Virus record (IMG/VR): IMGVR_UViG_3300042565_002416
Span: 1-62,619 of that record
DNA from: a virus
Lineage: Duplodnaviria; Caudoviricetes
DNA length: 62,619 bases
Direction: 5' to 3' (one strand)
Shown here: positions 51,560 to 60,509 of the stretch, in pieces
Layout of the letters: every line of letters starts with the position of its first letter
Position numbering within the stretch: the stretch's first letter is position 1
Translations under genes and position numbers: made by a program
The notes under the pieces: generated by a model
What the model saw: the letters and a program-made list of their open reading frames with translations, nothing else
What the model was told of the DNA's origin: nothing
Databases searched by the model: none

Positions 51560-54100
51560 ATGGGTATAAGGGTTTTAGAGACAGGTAATAATTACATTAC
51601 AATACAAGAAGCTATTGATGGAACATTGGGTGGGGTTGGCTTAACCCAAGACTTAACAATCCAAATAGACGGTGGGACGTATTATGAAAATTTAACGTTT
51701 AATGGGTTGACGCATAAAACTAGTGGTAATACTTTAACATTAATTAACTCATCAGCACAAACAGTGATTTTAGACGGATCCGGTGTGTCTAATAATAATA
51801 TCTATATACTAAACGTAAGTAATTTAGTTTTTGATGGTATAAATGCAGAAAATTGTAATCCTGAAGATACAAGTGGTGCGAATGTTAGGATTTTGGGAAC
51901 CACAGGTACTTGGGGTTTGACTGATAATATTACTTTTAAAAATTCAACTATTAGGACAGGATATGCTGCGGTTAGATGTACTGACTATGTAAGAAATGTT
52001 ACGTTTCAAAATATAACAACATCTAATTGTAGGTATGGAACATATCGTTTTGGAAAACAGCAGGTTGATTTACAAAACGTTAATTTTATTAATTGTAATA
52101 TTACGACAGATGGATTACAAAATTCAGGTGCGAATCAATTCCAATTAAAAGGTATTGATGGTTTAAATATTATACGATGTAGGGTTGATGGTTCTGAAAA
52201 AACAATATTATCGCCTTGGTATTGTGATAATGTTTTAATTGATGGTTGTACTTTTGATAGATCAGGTATTTTAAGTACTACCGGTAGACATATTTTGTTT
52301 GAGGATAGTTGTGATAATTGGGTGATTCAAAATTGTTTATTTACTAATTGTAGTCGCAATTCCCCAATACATGGGACAAATATAACCAATTTAACGTTAA
52401 GAAATAATACGTTTATTGATGATTCGGCAAGTAAAACTGAATACTTTTTTTTAAGTAATATTAATGGGTTTAAAACATATAATAATATATTTTTAGTTAA
52501 TGGTGCTGGTACAATTGGATTTATCAGAATATCTAATTCAACCGGTAATACGATAGGGAATAAATTCATTACTCAAAATAACATTTACCAATTTAAAAAT
52601 GGTAGTCAAAGAAACATATATAACGGTACGTCGGGTGGTGTTACATTACCATCAGGTAGTGTTTCAAACGCTCAAAGTTCCGGATTAGAAATAAGTTCAT
52701 TACAAGGTATATCAACAGGTAATTATTTAGGGTTTACAGATACAACTAATAATGATTATACGTTACAAGAAAGTTCGCCAGCTAGAAATTACGCTTTATT
52801 AAGTCAAATACCTACTAAAGATATTAGAAATTATACTAGGGATATACAATCATCAGATGTTGGTGCATATGATATGAATGGTATTGCACCTATACTACCG
52901 GAATCAATTTTAACGGTATCGGTAAATGGGGTTGTTAAAACAAGTTCGTTTGGAGTACCTGAAAACACTCAAGTTACTTTTGGGAATAACAGTACTAATG
53001 CAATTACCACTGTTTTTGAAATATTAAATTCATCTAATACAGTTATAGGTTCATCATCATCATTTCCATACGTCTATACTTTCACTACAATAGGTAGATA
53101 TAGGTTAAGAATGATATCCACAAATAACGATGGTTCCGACACATTAGATTTAATTAATTATGTAACTGTTGATGTATTACCTACACCAATATTTACAATT
53201 TTAAATCAACCCAGATTAATTAATGGTGAAAACGCTACGTTTACAATAACAGATTCTTCGTTAAGTGGAACAACGTCAGGTGGTGAAATTACTAGTAAAG
53301 TTTGGGATGTTGTTGACGAATCCAATAATAGTTATTACCAATCAACAAACACCCCATTTGTTATTAGCGGATCAACATTATTACAAGGAAGTTACGGTGT
53401 TAAATTAACGGTTAGTAATATTATCGGTTCTGCATCATCCACATTAAATAACTCAATATATGTAAATAGAACCCCAACAATTATTAACAACATACCTAAT
53501 CAAGTTGGGACGAGAAATAATATATTTAATTACACAATACCTAATAATATATTTAGTGATAGTGGTGATACTTTAACATACTCATTAGTATCCAACCCAT
53601 CGTGGTTATCGTTAAATAATATGGTATTAAGTGGAACGCCAATAACGGCAGGATCAACAAGTGCGACTATAAGAGCTACAGATAGTAGAAATCTTTATAA
53701 CCAAACATCATTTGGTATTAATATTGGTAGTGGTGAGCCACCAGTCGTAGTTAATCAACCAGCAAATAAAGGTATTCCTGTCGGAATGCAATTTTATTTT
53801 AAAATACAAGAATCCATATTTTATTCACCCGCACCATTTACAATTAGTATAATACAAAAACCAAACTGGGTGGATTATATTTCATCAGAATTATTATTAG
53901 TTGGAGAACCAACAATAAATGATGTGGGTATTAATTATATTACAATAAGGGCTGACGATGGATTTACCCAAGCGGACTGTACGTTTACTGTAGATGTATT
54001 TAATTTTAATCAAATTAGTTCTATTAATAATGGGGATTCTAATCAAGGTATTAGAGGTAAATTAAATAACTTAATTACTTTTATAAATAAACTAAGATAA
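51560..54100 (+). CDS. Right-handed beta-helix (pectate-lyase-like) protein with PKD and cadherin/Ig-like domains; candidate depolymerase or adhesin
   Basis: TIQEAID...GTYYE start, parallel beta-helix Asn ladders, DVGAYD, PKD-like YTF...G.Y...L, PSWLS...LSGTP Ig repeats. Confidence 0.7.
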   Translation: MGIRVLETGNNYITIQEAIDGTLGGVGLTQDLTIQIDGGTYYENLTFNGLTHKTSGNTLTLINSSAQTVILDGSGVSNNNIYILNVSNLVFDGINAENCNPEDTSGANVRILGTTGTWGLTDNITFKNSTIRTGYAAVRCTDYVRNVTFQNITTSNCRYGTYRFGKQQVDLQNVNFINCNITTDGLQNSGANQFQLKGIDGLNIIRCRVDGSEKTILSPWYCDNVLIDGCTFDRSGILSTTGRHILFEDSCDNWVIQNCLFTNCSRNSPIHGTNITNLTLRNNTFIDDSASKTEYFFLSNINGFKTYNNIFLVNGAGTIGFIRISNSTGNTIGNKFITQNNIYQFKNGSQRNIYNGTSGGVTLPSGSVSNAQSSGLEISSLQGISTGNYLGFTDTTNNDYTLQESSPARNYALLSQIPTKDIRNYTRDIQSSDVGAYDMNGIAPILPESILTVSVNGVVKTSSFGVPENTQVTFGNNSTNAITTVFEILNSSNTVIGSSSSFPYVYTFTTIGRYRLRMISTNNDGSDTLDLINYVTVDVLPTPIFTILNQPRLINGENATFTITDSSLSGTTSGGEITSKVWDVVDESNNSYYQSTNTPFVISGSTLLQGSYGVKLTVSNIIGSASSTLNNSIYVNRTPTIINNIPNQVGTRNNIFNYTIPNNIFSDSGDTLTYSLVSNPSWLSLNNMVLSGTPITAGSTSATIRATDSRNLYNQTSFGINIGSGEPPVVVNQPANKGIPVGMQFYFKIQESIFYSPAPFTISIIQKPNWVDYISSELLLVGEPTINDVGINYITIRADDGFTQADCTFTVDVFNFNQISSINNGDSNQGIRGKLNNLITFINKLR

Positions 54101-54134
54101 TTGGCAGTTTTTAAAAAACTATATATTTATACAT

Positions 54135-54467
54135 ATGGGACAACTATATTTAGTATCATCATTAAGTGCTGATACATCTAATTACACATACACCAGTATT
54201 ATTGTTAATGGGGCTGGTCCATATAATGTAACATTTAATGGGGTTTCATTAACTTTAGCCGGACCTCAAACTATTAGTATGAATGTTATGAGTGTTGAAT
54301 CAGGTAATAGTAATGTATTATTATCAGGTTATTTAACAACTTATGATTTCCCTGTTTATTTAGGCAATCCAGGTACTACCGATTATTTAGGTAGACCAAT
54401 AATAAATTCAGCAGGTGGAGGTGTTTGGGCTCAAAGCGGAAATACTCAATATGCTTACTATAAATAA
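54135..54467 (+). CDS. Small hypothetical structural protein
   Basis: TATTTATA 3 nt before the ATG; paralog of 51232..51555. Confidence 0.55.
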   Translation: MGQLYLVSSLSADTSNYTYTSIIVNGAGPYNVTFNGVSLTLAGPQTISMNVMSVESGNSNVLLSGYLTTYDFPVYLGNPGTTDYLGRPIINSAGGGVWAQSGNTQYAYYK

Positions 54468-54486
54468 AATTTAAAATAAATAATAT

Positions 54487-55560
54487 ATGGACTCAATAAG
54501 AGCAGTAGGAAGTGAATTACTTCAAGGAAAAGAAAAACATAATAGATTAATTGAATTAATGGGTATTAAGAATACCGTTAACGAATCTAAAAAATCGGTG
54601 AATAGTGAAGATTACATTATTCACGCAGCGGATGGAAAATCATATGGTATTTTCAGAGAAAATAAAAACTTCTTTGTGAAATATGCTAATAAACATACCG
54701 AAGATGCTAATGATTTTGAATACATCGGTGGATTAGTTAGAAAAACTAAAGAATTACACGAATCTTATTCAGATGCATTTAAAAGATTAAATGTAATGAT
54801 TGGTGATATTAATCAGAAATATGGTGTTAAAAACCCTAAATCTTTATTTGAAGCAGATAAACAATATATGTTACAACCTGAAGCACCAACTTTTGAGGCT
54901 CCAGCTTCAGCACCTACAACAGATGCAGGAGTTCCGACACCAGCACCTGATGCTTCTATTGATACCCCACCAGTTGATGCAAGTCCTGCCGTTGGAGATA
55001 ATACAGATGAAAACGATCCGGTTAAAATGATACAAAGTTTAACAGGTAAGTTAGGACAATCTTTAAGAGATAATATGCAAAATGAAGAAGTCGTAAATAA
55101 TCAAATGATTAAATATGTATTAAATTCAGTATTATCAGCAATTGATTTAAACAAATTAACCCCTGAAGATAAAGAAGAATTAAATAATAAAATATTAGGT
55201 AAAGAAGAACAACCAGCATCCCCTGAAGGCGCTCCAACTGAAATCCAATCACCTGAAAGTGCTCCAGCAACACCAATGACAGGTAGTGAAGATCCATTCG
55301 CAGGTTTAGATCAAGCAACAGCTCAAGCAGGAACTCAAACAGAAAGTTTAATTAATTTAGCTGTTACTTATGAACAAGAGTTAGCTTTAAATAATTTATT
55401 ATCTCTTTGTGAAAACAAAAATATTAAATTAGAAAAATACAAAATTCAAAAGGATAATATTATTTTTGAATCAACAAAAGGAAAAAGATTTATTGTAAAA
55501 CCTAATGGTATTTCATTATTAATGACTGAAAATAAAGAATATAAAAAATTATTAATCTAA
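54487..55560 (+). CDS. Hypothetical protein with Pro/Ala-rich linkers, possibly a head protein
   Basis: 357-aa ORF with xxE motifs and PAP-rich segments. Confidence 0.55.
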   Translation: MDSIRAVGSELLQGKEKHNRLIELMGIKNTVNESKKSVNSEDYIIHAADGKSYGIFRENKNFFVKYANKHTEDANDFEYIGGLVRKTKELHESYSDAFKRLNVMIGDINQKYGVKNPKSLFEADKQYMLQPEAPTFEAPASAPTTDAGVPTPAPDASIDTPPVDASPAVGDNTDENDPVKMIQSLTGKLGQSLRDNMQNEEVVNNQMIKYVLNSVLSAIDLNKLTPEDKEELNNKILGKEEQPASPEGAPTEIQSPESAPATPMTGSEDPFAGLDQATAQAGTQTESLINLAVTYEQELALNNLLSLCENKNIKLEKYKIQKDNIIFESTKGKRFIVKPNGISLLMTENKEYKKLLI

Positions 55561-55566
55561 AGAAAA

Positions 55567-55938
55567 ATGTATCTTTGTTATATTAATAAATTAGGACCTA
55601 ATTTTAGGAATGAATTAATATACGAATTTATTTTTACAAACGATATCGATAAGGTAAGTGGGGATGATTGGGATAGATTACCAGCGAGTGGTTATCCGAG
55701 TCTTCCCCATTCCGATTTTATGACAAACGTGTTGTTATTAAAAACAGGTAGTTTAGATTTAGAGTTAGTTAAAGATAATGATTTTTTCACCTATAATGAT
55801 TGTAAAGAAGGTGTAGTTGCTATAGGTTGGGAAGAATCGTATATTATAGATAGACTAATATTCAAGTTTGGTGATGATTTAGAGGGTGTTAAAAATAAGT
55901 TATATAAGAAAGATTATTATTTAGAGGAAATAAATTGA
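55567..55938 (+). CDS. Hypothetical protein
   Basis: 123-aa ORF ending TGA-TAG. Confidence 0.6.
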   Translation: MYLCYINKLGPNFRNELIYEFIFTNDIDKVSGDDWDRLPASGYPSLPHSDFMTNVLLLKTGSLDLELVKDNDFFTYNDCKEGVVAIGWEESYIIDRLIFKFGDDLEGVKNKLYKKDYYLEEIN

Positions 55939-55969
55939 TAGAATAAAATAAAAAATATATATTTGTAGT

Positions 55970-56479
55970 ATGAGTATAATTAAAAAATCAGAGTTAATGG
56001 AGTTTGTTTTAGAGAAGAAACAAATGATATTAGGTAGGAATATGGAATCAGCGGCTGAGCCAGTTGTAGCTCCACCTAAGACTAAACCTAAAACACCATC
56101 AACCCCTAAAAGTCCAAAGCCTGCGGTAAATCCAAAACCAAAAGCTCGTGTGAAATCTGCGGCTGAACCGGCTGTAGCTCCACCTAAGACTAAACCTAAA
56201 ACACCATCAACCCCTAAATACCCAAAACCTGCTGTAAATCCAAAACCAAAAGCTGTTATTGAATCTAACCCTGGTGAGGAGAAAATGTCAAAAAAAGTGA
56301 AAATTAATAAAAAATATCCGAAAAAATTTGTTAAAGAGCACATTAATTCGTATTTTAGCGTCAGCATTATAAATGAGACAATTAACGAAGACTATTCTGT
56401 TGAATTGCAATTAGTTGGTAGTAAATCGGAATTAGTTAAATGTTTAAGAAACCTTAAAGAAGGTAATGTAATAAACTAA
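55970..56479 (+). CDS. Pro/Lys-rich protein with an internal 36-aa duplication
   Basis: SAAEPxVAPPKTKPKTPSTPK..KPAVNPKPKA occurs twice, with a 108-nt period from 56048. Confidence 0.65.
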   Translation: MSIIKKSELMEFVLEKKQMILGRNMESAAEPVVAPPKTKPKTPSTPKSPKPAVNPKPKARVKSAAEPAVAPPKTKPKTPSTPKYPKPAVNPKPKAVIESNPGEEKMSKKVKINKKYPKKFVKEHINSYFSVSIINETINEDYSVELQLVGSKSELVKCLRNLKEGNVIN

Positions 56480-56497
56480 GTTCATTTATTATGTCAA

Positions 56498-57793
56498 ATG
56501 AGTAACAAAATATTTAAGAAAAAAGAAGTTTTACAATTAATAAAAGAAGATATGATTCCATACGGAGAAAATCCAAACAGAATTGAACGTTCAATTGAAC
56601 GTAGAATAACAAGTAGACAAAATCCATTAGGTGCTAATCCAGCATATCCTGCGGGAACACCTGAAAGTAATTTTGAGGAAATTATTGCGTCAGAACAGTT
56701 TAAAAATTCTATTGAAAAAATTAAAACATATGCGGGTAGAAAAAATATTCGTGTTGTTGATAATAGAGGTGTAATTCAACCAATGGCTTTAGTTCAATTA
56801 CAAATGGCTTTGGTTAATGATATGATTAGTAAAGAAAGAAATCATAAACCACAATTGGAAAAATTGACAATTAAACTATTAAAACAAGATTTTAATATTC
56901 CTGGTGAATTACAAACTAAGGTTGAGGATGGTAAAACAATTTATTACGATGGAACATTACAATATGATGTATCTTTAACACTTCCTGTTGATTTAAGTAG
57001 CGCTCAAACTGAGATGGAAATGCAAATACAACAAGAACCTGAAGAAGTGGTTGAAAATGTTGAAGAATTGGATTTAGAAGTGGCTAAAAGAAGATTCTTA
57101 AACGCTATGATGGCAGGTGCAGCATTTAAGGGACAATACATGTTTCATATGGCTGAAGATGAAATCAATGCAATTGATGAAGGTTTGATAACCAATTATG
57201 GTTTATTAATGGCAATAACAGAATGGGCGTATTTTATGATTCCACCTGAAATGGCGGCATCTGCAGCATCATCAGATGAACAAGCCGGTGGTTCTGAAAG
57301 AGTTGATTTTACAACTGAACCACCAACTCTAATTTGTAGGGCGAGATCATTTCCAATATTATGTCACGAAATTGTGAAATCTTATGTGGAATATATGTCA
57401 GCTTGGGGATTACCACAATCAGATGAAGAAGGAGCTGAAGCTAAGGCAAAATACATTCTTAATAAGGCGGATTTCTTAGAAGCTGAAAATTGGGATTTAA
57501 TGTTAGGACCTGGTTTTTGGGGTAGATTTTTGGATGCTATAGATGAGAGTGAATTAGATATTAAATCACAATTATATATTAAAATCGCTCAAATGCCACC
57601 TAAAGATTTTAATATCTTTATGAAAGAAGTATTAAAAAAATCTCAAAGAGGTAAACAGATGATGGTTGATTTAGCGAATGAAATTAAAGAAGCTATATCT
57701 AAAGAAGAATATGAAACAGCGATGAGTTCATATCAAGAACCTGAAAAAGATATAGATATTGATGATATCGACATATCAGATTTATTTAAATAA
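56498..57793 (+). CDS. Hypothetical protein in the head region
   Basis: 431-aa ORF followed by a terminator. Confidence 0.65.
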   Translation: MSNKIFKKKEVLQLIKEDMIPYGENPNRIERSIERRITSRQNPLGANPAYPAGTPESNFEEIIASEQFKNSIEKIKTYAGRKNIRVVDNRGVIQPMALVQLQMALVNDMISKERNHKPQLEKLTIKLLKQDFNIPGELQTKVEDGKTIYYDGTLQYDVSLTLPVDLSSAQTEMEMQIQQEPEEVVENVEELDLEVAKRRFLNAMMAGAAFKGQYMFHMAEDEINAIDEGLITNYGLLMAITEWAYFMIPPEMAASAASSDEQAGGSERVDFTTEPPTLICRARSFPILCHEIVKSYVEYMSAWGLPQSDEEGAEAKAKYILNKADFLEAENWDLMLGPGFWGRFLDAIDESELDIKSQLYIKIAQMPPKDFNIFMKEVLKKSQRGKQMMVDLANEIKEAISKEEYETAMSSYQEPEKDIDIDDIDISDLFK

Positions 57794-57794
57794 T

Positions 57795-57821
57795 AAAAAA
57801 CCCCATTTAAGGGGTTTTTTT
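57795..57821. terminator. Bidirectional terminator
   Basis: A6-CCCC-atttaa-GGGG-T7 between convergent genes. Confidence 0.75.
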
Positions 57822-57841
57822 GTTTTATGGGGTATTGGTAT

Positions 57842-58270
57842 TTATTTTTTAGAGTGACACTCAATAATATCATTTTCGGTAAATACTTTAAGTAAATCGA
57901 CAAATTTATTTCTGACAAAGAATAATATTTCATCTCTGAATGGATCTTGTGGTTCGTGATAAAAAAGAACTGTATCAACAGACATAAAAGATTTTTTATT
58001 TTTTTCCATACCTGAGCTTCTGAGGTCTAAATCGACTATCCATTTTCTTTCATTAAAGAAGGAGTTTTTGAGTATATAATTTAGTGATTGTTTATAATCT
58101 TTTGTTAGTCTTTTAATTAGATTTTCGTAATTATTATAATCTTCAAGAGGTTTAACCCAAGTTGATATTTGTAAATAAATTGATGTAGGGTTTTTAACAT
58201 TAACAGTCCCATAACTTACTTTAAATCTTTCATCTAATGTTAAATTTAACTTTTTCCCTGTTTTAACCAT
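57842..58270 (-). CDS. Hypothetical protein
   Basis: 142-aa ORF with A-rich leader, convergent on the terminator. Confidence 0.65.
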   Translation of the reverse strand: MVKTGKKLNLTLDERFKVSYGTVNVKNPTSIYLQISTWVKPLEDYNNYENLIKRLTKDYKQSLNYILKNSFFNERKWIVDLDLRSSGMEKNKKSFMSVDTVLFYHEPQDPFRDEILFFVRNKFVDLLKVFTENDIIECHSKK

Positions 58271-58365
58271 ATTGTTTTTTTGTGTTTTATTTAATTATTA
58301 ATATACAAAACTATAAGTATTTTCGGATGAAATAACAAATTTTATTTTCTCTTATATTTATATAT

Positions 58366-59067
58366 ATGACAAAATATATTGATTACTCTAAATTGAGAGT
58401 TCTTAAAGAGAGTGAAGAAGGTTTTGGTATTATCATTGACAATACTGGATATATCGATCCGAAAATTGAACGCAATTCTAGATTGGTAGAATCTTATTCA
58501 ATTGAACAAGAAAAGGATATTATATTATATGCAATTCTTCAAAAATACGATACTGAAAATAAAAACGGTAGAATATACCCTGAGAAAGTATTAAAGGCTA
58601 ATGTAGAAAAATATCAAAAAGTTATTGATCAACATAGGGCTATATCGGAATTAAATCATCCAGAAACATCAATTATTGATTTAGAAAGAGTTTCACACGA
58701 AATAATAGAAACTTGGTGGGAAGGTAAAGAATTATGGGGTAAAATTAAAATATTAACTTCACCTGGGTTTAAGAAATATGGTTATGTTGGTAATTATGCA
58801 CCTGACATCGCAGCAAATCTTTTATTACACGGAATTACAATTGGTATTTCATCAAGAGGTATTGGTTCATTGAAAAAAGAAGGTAATAAAAATATCGTTC
58901 AAACGGATTTTGAATTAATTTGTTTTGATTTAGTTTCACAACCATCAACACCTGGAGCGTATTTATTTACCGATCAATCACTTAGTAAAGTTTATACGGA
59001 AAACATTAATAAACACAATGTAATTTCTGAAGATGTAATAAAATCAATTGATAATTTCTTAATCTAA
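58366..59067 (+). CDS. Prohead core protease (T4 gp21-like)
   Basis: NKNGRIYP, ELNHP, VSH, GISSRGIGS, FDLVSQPSTPGA. Confidence 0.95.
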   Translation: MTKYIDYSKLRVLKESEEGFGIIIDNTGYIDPKIERNSRLVESYSIEQEKDIILYAILQKYDTENKNGRIYPEKVLKANVEKYQKVIDQHRAISELNHPETSIIDLERVSHEIIETWWEGKELWGKIKILTSPGFKKYGYVGNYAPDIAANLLLHGITIGISSRGIGSLKKEGNKNIVQTDFELICFDLVSQPSTPGAYLFTDQSLSKVYTENINKHNVISEDVIKSIDNFLI

Positions 59068-59222
59068 TGGTAAAATCAACGAAAGGTGGTTCTAAATCAT
59101 CGTCAGGGTCTAAAATTAAATTAAACCCTAAAAAAAATAATAATGGTATTCACGCAAAATCAAAAACTTCGAGAAATAAAAACTCAAAAAATTATAAAAA
59201 ACCAAATGTCGGACAAGGTTAA
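59067..59222 (+). CDS. Small basic protein (51 aa), missing from the ORF track
   Basis: MVKSTKGGSK...HAKSKTSRNKNSKNYKKPNVGQG; TAATG-coupled to the protease gene. Confidence 0.7.
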   Translation: MVKSTKGGSKSSSGSKIKLNPKKNNNGIHAKSKTSRNKNSKNYKKPNVGQG

Positions 59223-59226
59223 TATT

Positions 59227-59499
59227 ATGAAAAAGATTAAATTAACAGAATCGGATTTAACAAAAATAATCCAAAGAATTATTAAAGAAGATGATTCAGA
59301 AATGTACGCAAATTATATGTTCTTCTCTAACTTAGAACAAATCAAACGTCAGTGCGAAATGTTATTGGAATTAGATAAAAATATGATTGATAATATTATT
59401 CAAGATGGTCACGATTGGGCTGACGATCATATATCAGAAGCTAAAAACAATATGGATCAGGTATTTGATTTTTTTATGGGTAAAGTAAATAAAAATTAA
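59227..59499 (+). CDS. Hypothetical protein with MKKIKLTESDL leader
   Basis: ATG at 59227 follows the stop of the basic ORF; the listed start at 59143 overlaps that ORF. Confidence 0.65.
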   Translation: MKKIKLTESDLTKIIQRIIKEDDSEMYANYMFFSNLEQIKRQCEMLLELDKNMIDNIIQDGHDWADDHISEAKNNMDQVFDFFMGKVNKN

Positions 59500-59512
59500 A
59501 AAGGTATACATT

Positions 59513-59857
59513 ATGAAAATCATTATAACTGAAAAACAACTTAAAAAAATTAAATCTGGTGAATTTGAAGATTTCGCTTCTAAAAGATTTGGTGGGGCTG
59601 AAAAAATAGCTAATAACGCTAAAGAAAAGGGTGGTATTTCTATGTTGACATATCACCATTTTATTGTTAAACTACCTTACTATAAAAAAGCTTCAGATGG
59701 TAAGTTTGATTTAGAAAAATCTAAAACTGAATTAAAAGAACATTTAGATAAATTATGTGGTTTAAGTGAAGATGTAAATATTGGACAAGTGGAGTTTCAA
59801 AGATTAGTTGGTATAATAGAAGTATTAGGTGAATTAATTATTAAATATAAAAAATAA
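59513..59857 (+). CDS. Hypothetical protein with MKIIITEKQL leader
   Basis: 114-aa ORF. Confidence 0.65.
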   Translation: MKIIITEKQLKKIKSGEFEDFASKRFGGAEKIANNAKEKGGISMLTYHHFIVKLPYYKKASDGKFDLEKSKTELKEHLDKLCGLSEDVNIGQVEFQRLVGIIEVLGELIIKYKK

Positions 59858-60036
59858 TGAAAACCATATTACTGACAGAAAGTGAATTGATTTATTTAAT
59901 CGAAAAATGGACAAAGAATTATAAAAAGTCTATTAATTGTTCAAACCCAAAAGGATTCTCTCAGAAAGCACATTGTGCCGGAAGAAAGAAAAGACAAGAA
60001 CATCAACCAACAAAATCTAAATCACCATTTAAATAA
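59857..60036 (+). CDS. Small basic protein (59 aa) with CxNPKGFSQKAHC motif, missing from the ORF track
   Basis: MKTILLTESEL...WTKNYKKSINCSNPKGFSQKAHCAGRKK; TAATG coupling. Confidence 0.7.
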   Translation: MKTILLTESELIYLIEKWTKNYKKSINCSNPKGFSQKAHCAGRKKRQEHQPTKSKSPFK

Positions 60037-60106
60037 AATAATTAAAACCCCGATATTTCCAATCTGGGTTTTTTTATTTATAATTAAACTACAAATATTA
60101 AATATT

Positions 60107-60340
60107 ATGGAAGAAAAAGATTTTTATTACTTTAAGTGTGTTACCACTATGTCAATACCAGATGAAAACTCAGGTAAAATTAAAAAGAAAAATGAGGAGT
60201 TTATCGTAAAGGCTGTAAGCCCTACCGATGTAGAATCTCAGATGGTTCAATTTATGGATGGAACAGTTTATGACTGGAGCATTCAAAGTGTAACTAAAAC
60301 TAAGGTTGAATCTATCATACAAGATGGAAAAGCAATCTAA
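60107..60340 (+). CDS. DUF4494-like protein
   Basis: YFKC......ENSGKIKK..EEFIVKAVS.TDVE pattern; ATG at 60107 is preferred over GTG at 59975. Confidence 0.6.
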   Translation: MEEKDFYYFKCVTTMSIPDENSGKIKKKNEEFIVKAVSPTDVESQMVQFMDGTVYDWSIQSVTKTKVESIIQDGKAI

Positions 60341-60345
60341 AAATT

Positions 60346-60419
60346 AAAAACCCTGTAAATCAGGGTTTTTTTATGTTCTTTTATTTTTATACTAACCCTT
60401 GCAAGTCAAGGGTTTTTTT
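60346..60419 (+). terminator. Tandem Rho-independent terminators
   Basis: CCCTG-taaat-CAGGG-T7 and CCCTTG-caagt-CAAGGG-T7. Confidence 0.8.
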
Positions 60420-60509
60420 ATGCCCAATAAAAAATATTTATAGTTAAATGATTATTTATTCAAAAACCCTCTATTTATAATGTAACGAATAAAATCATTT
60501 TATAATAAC

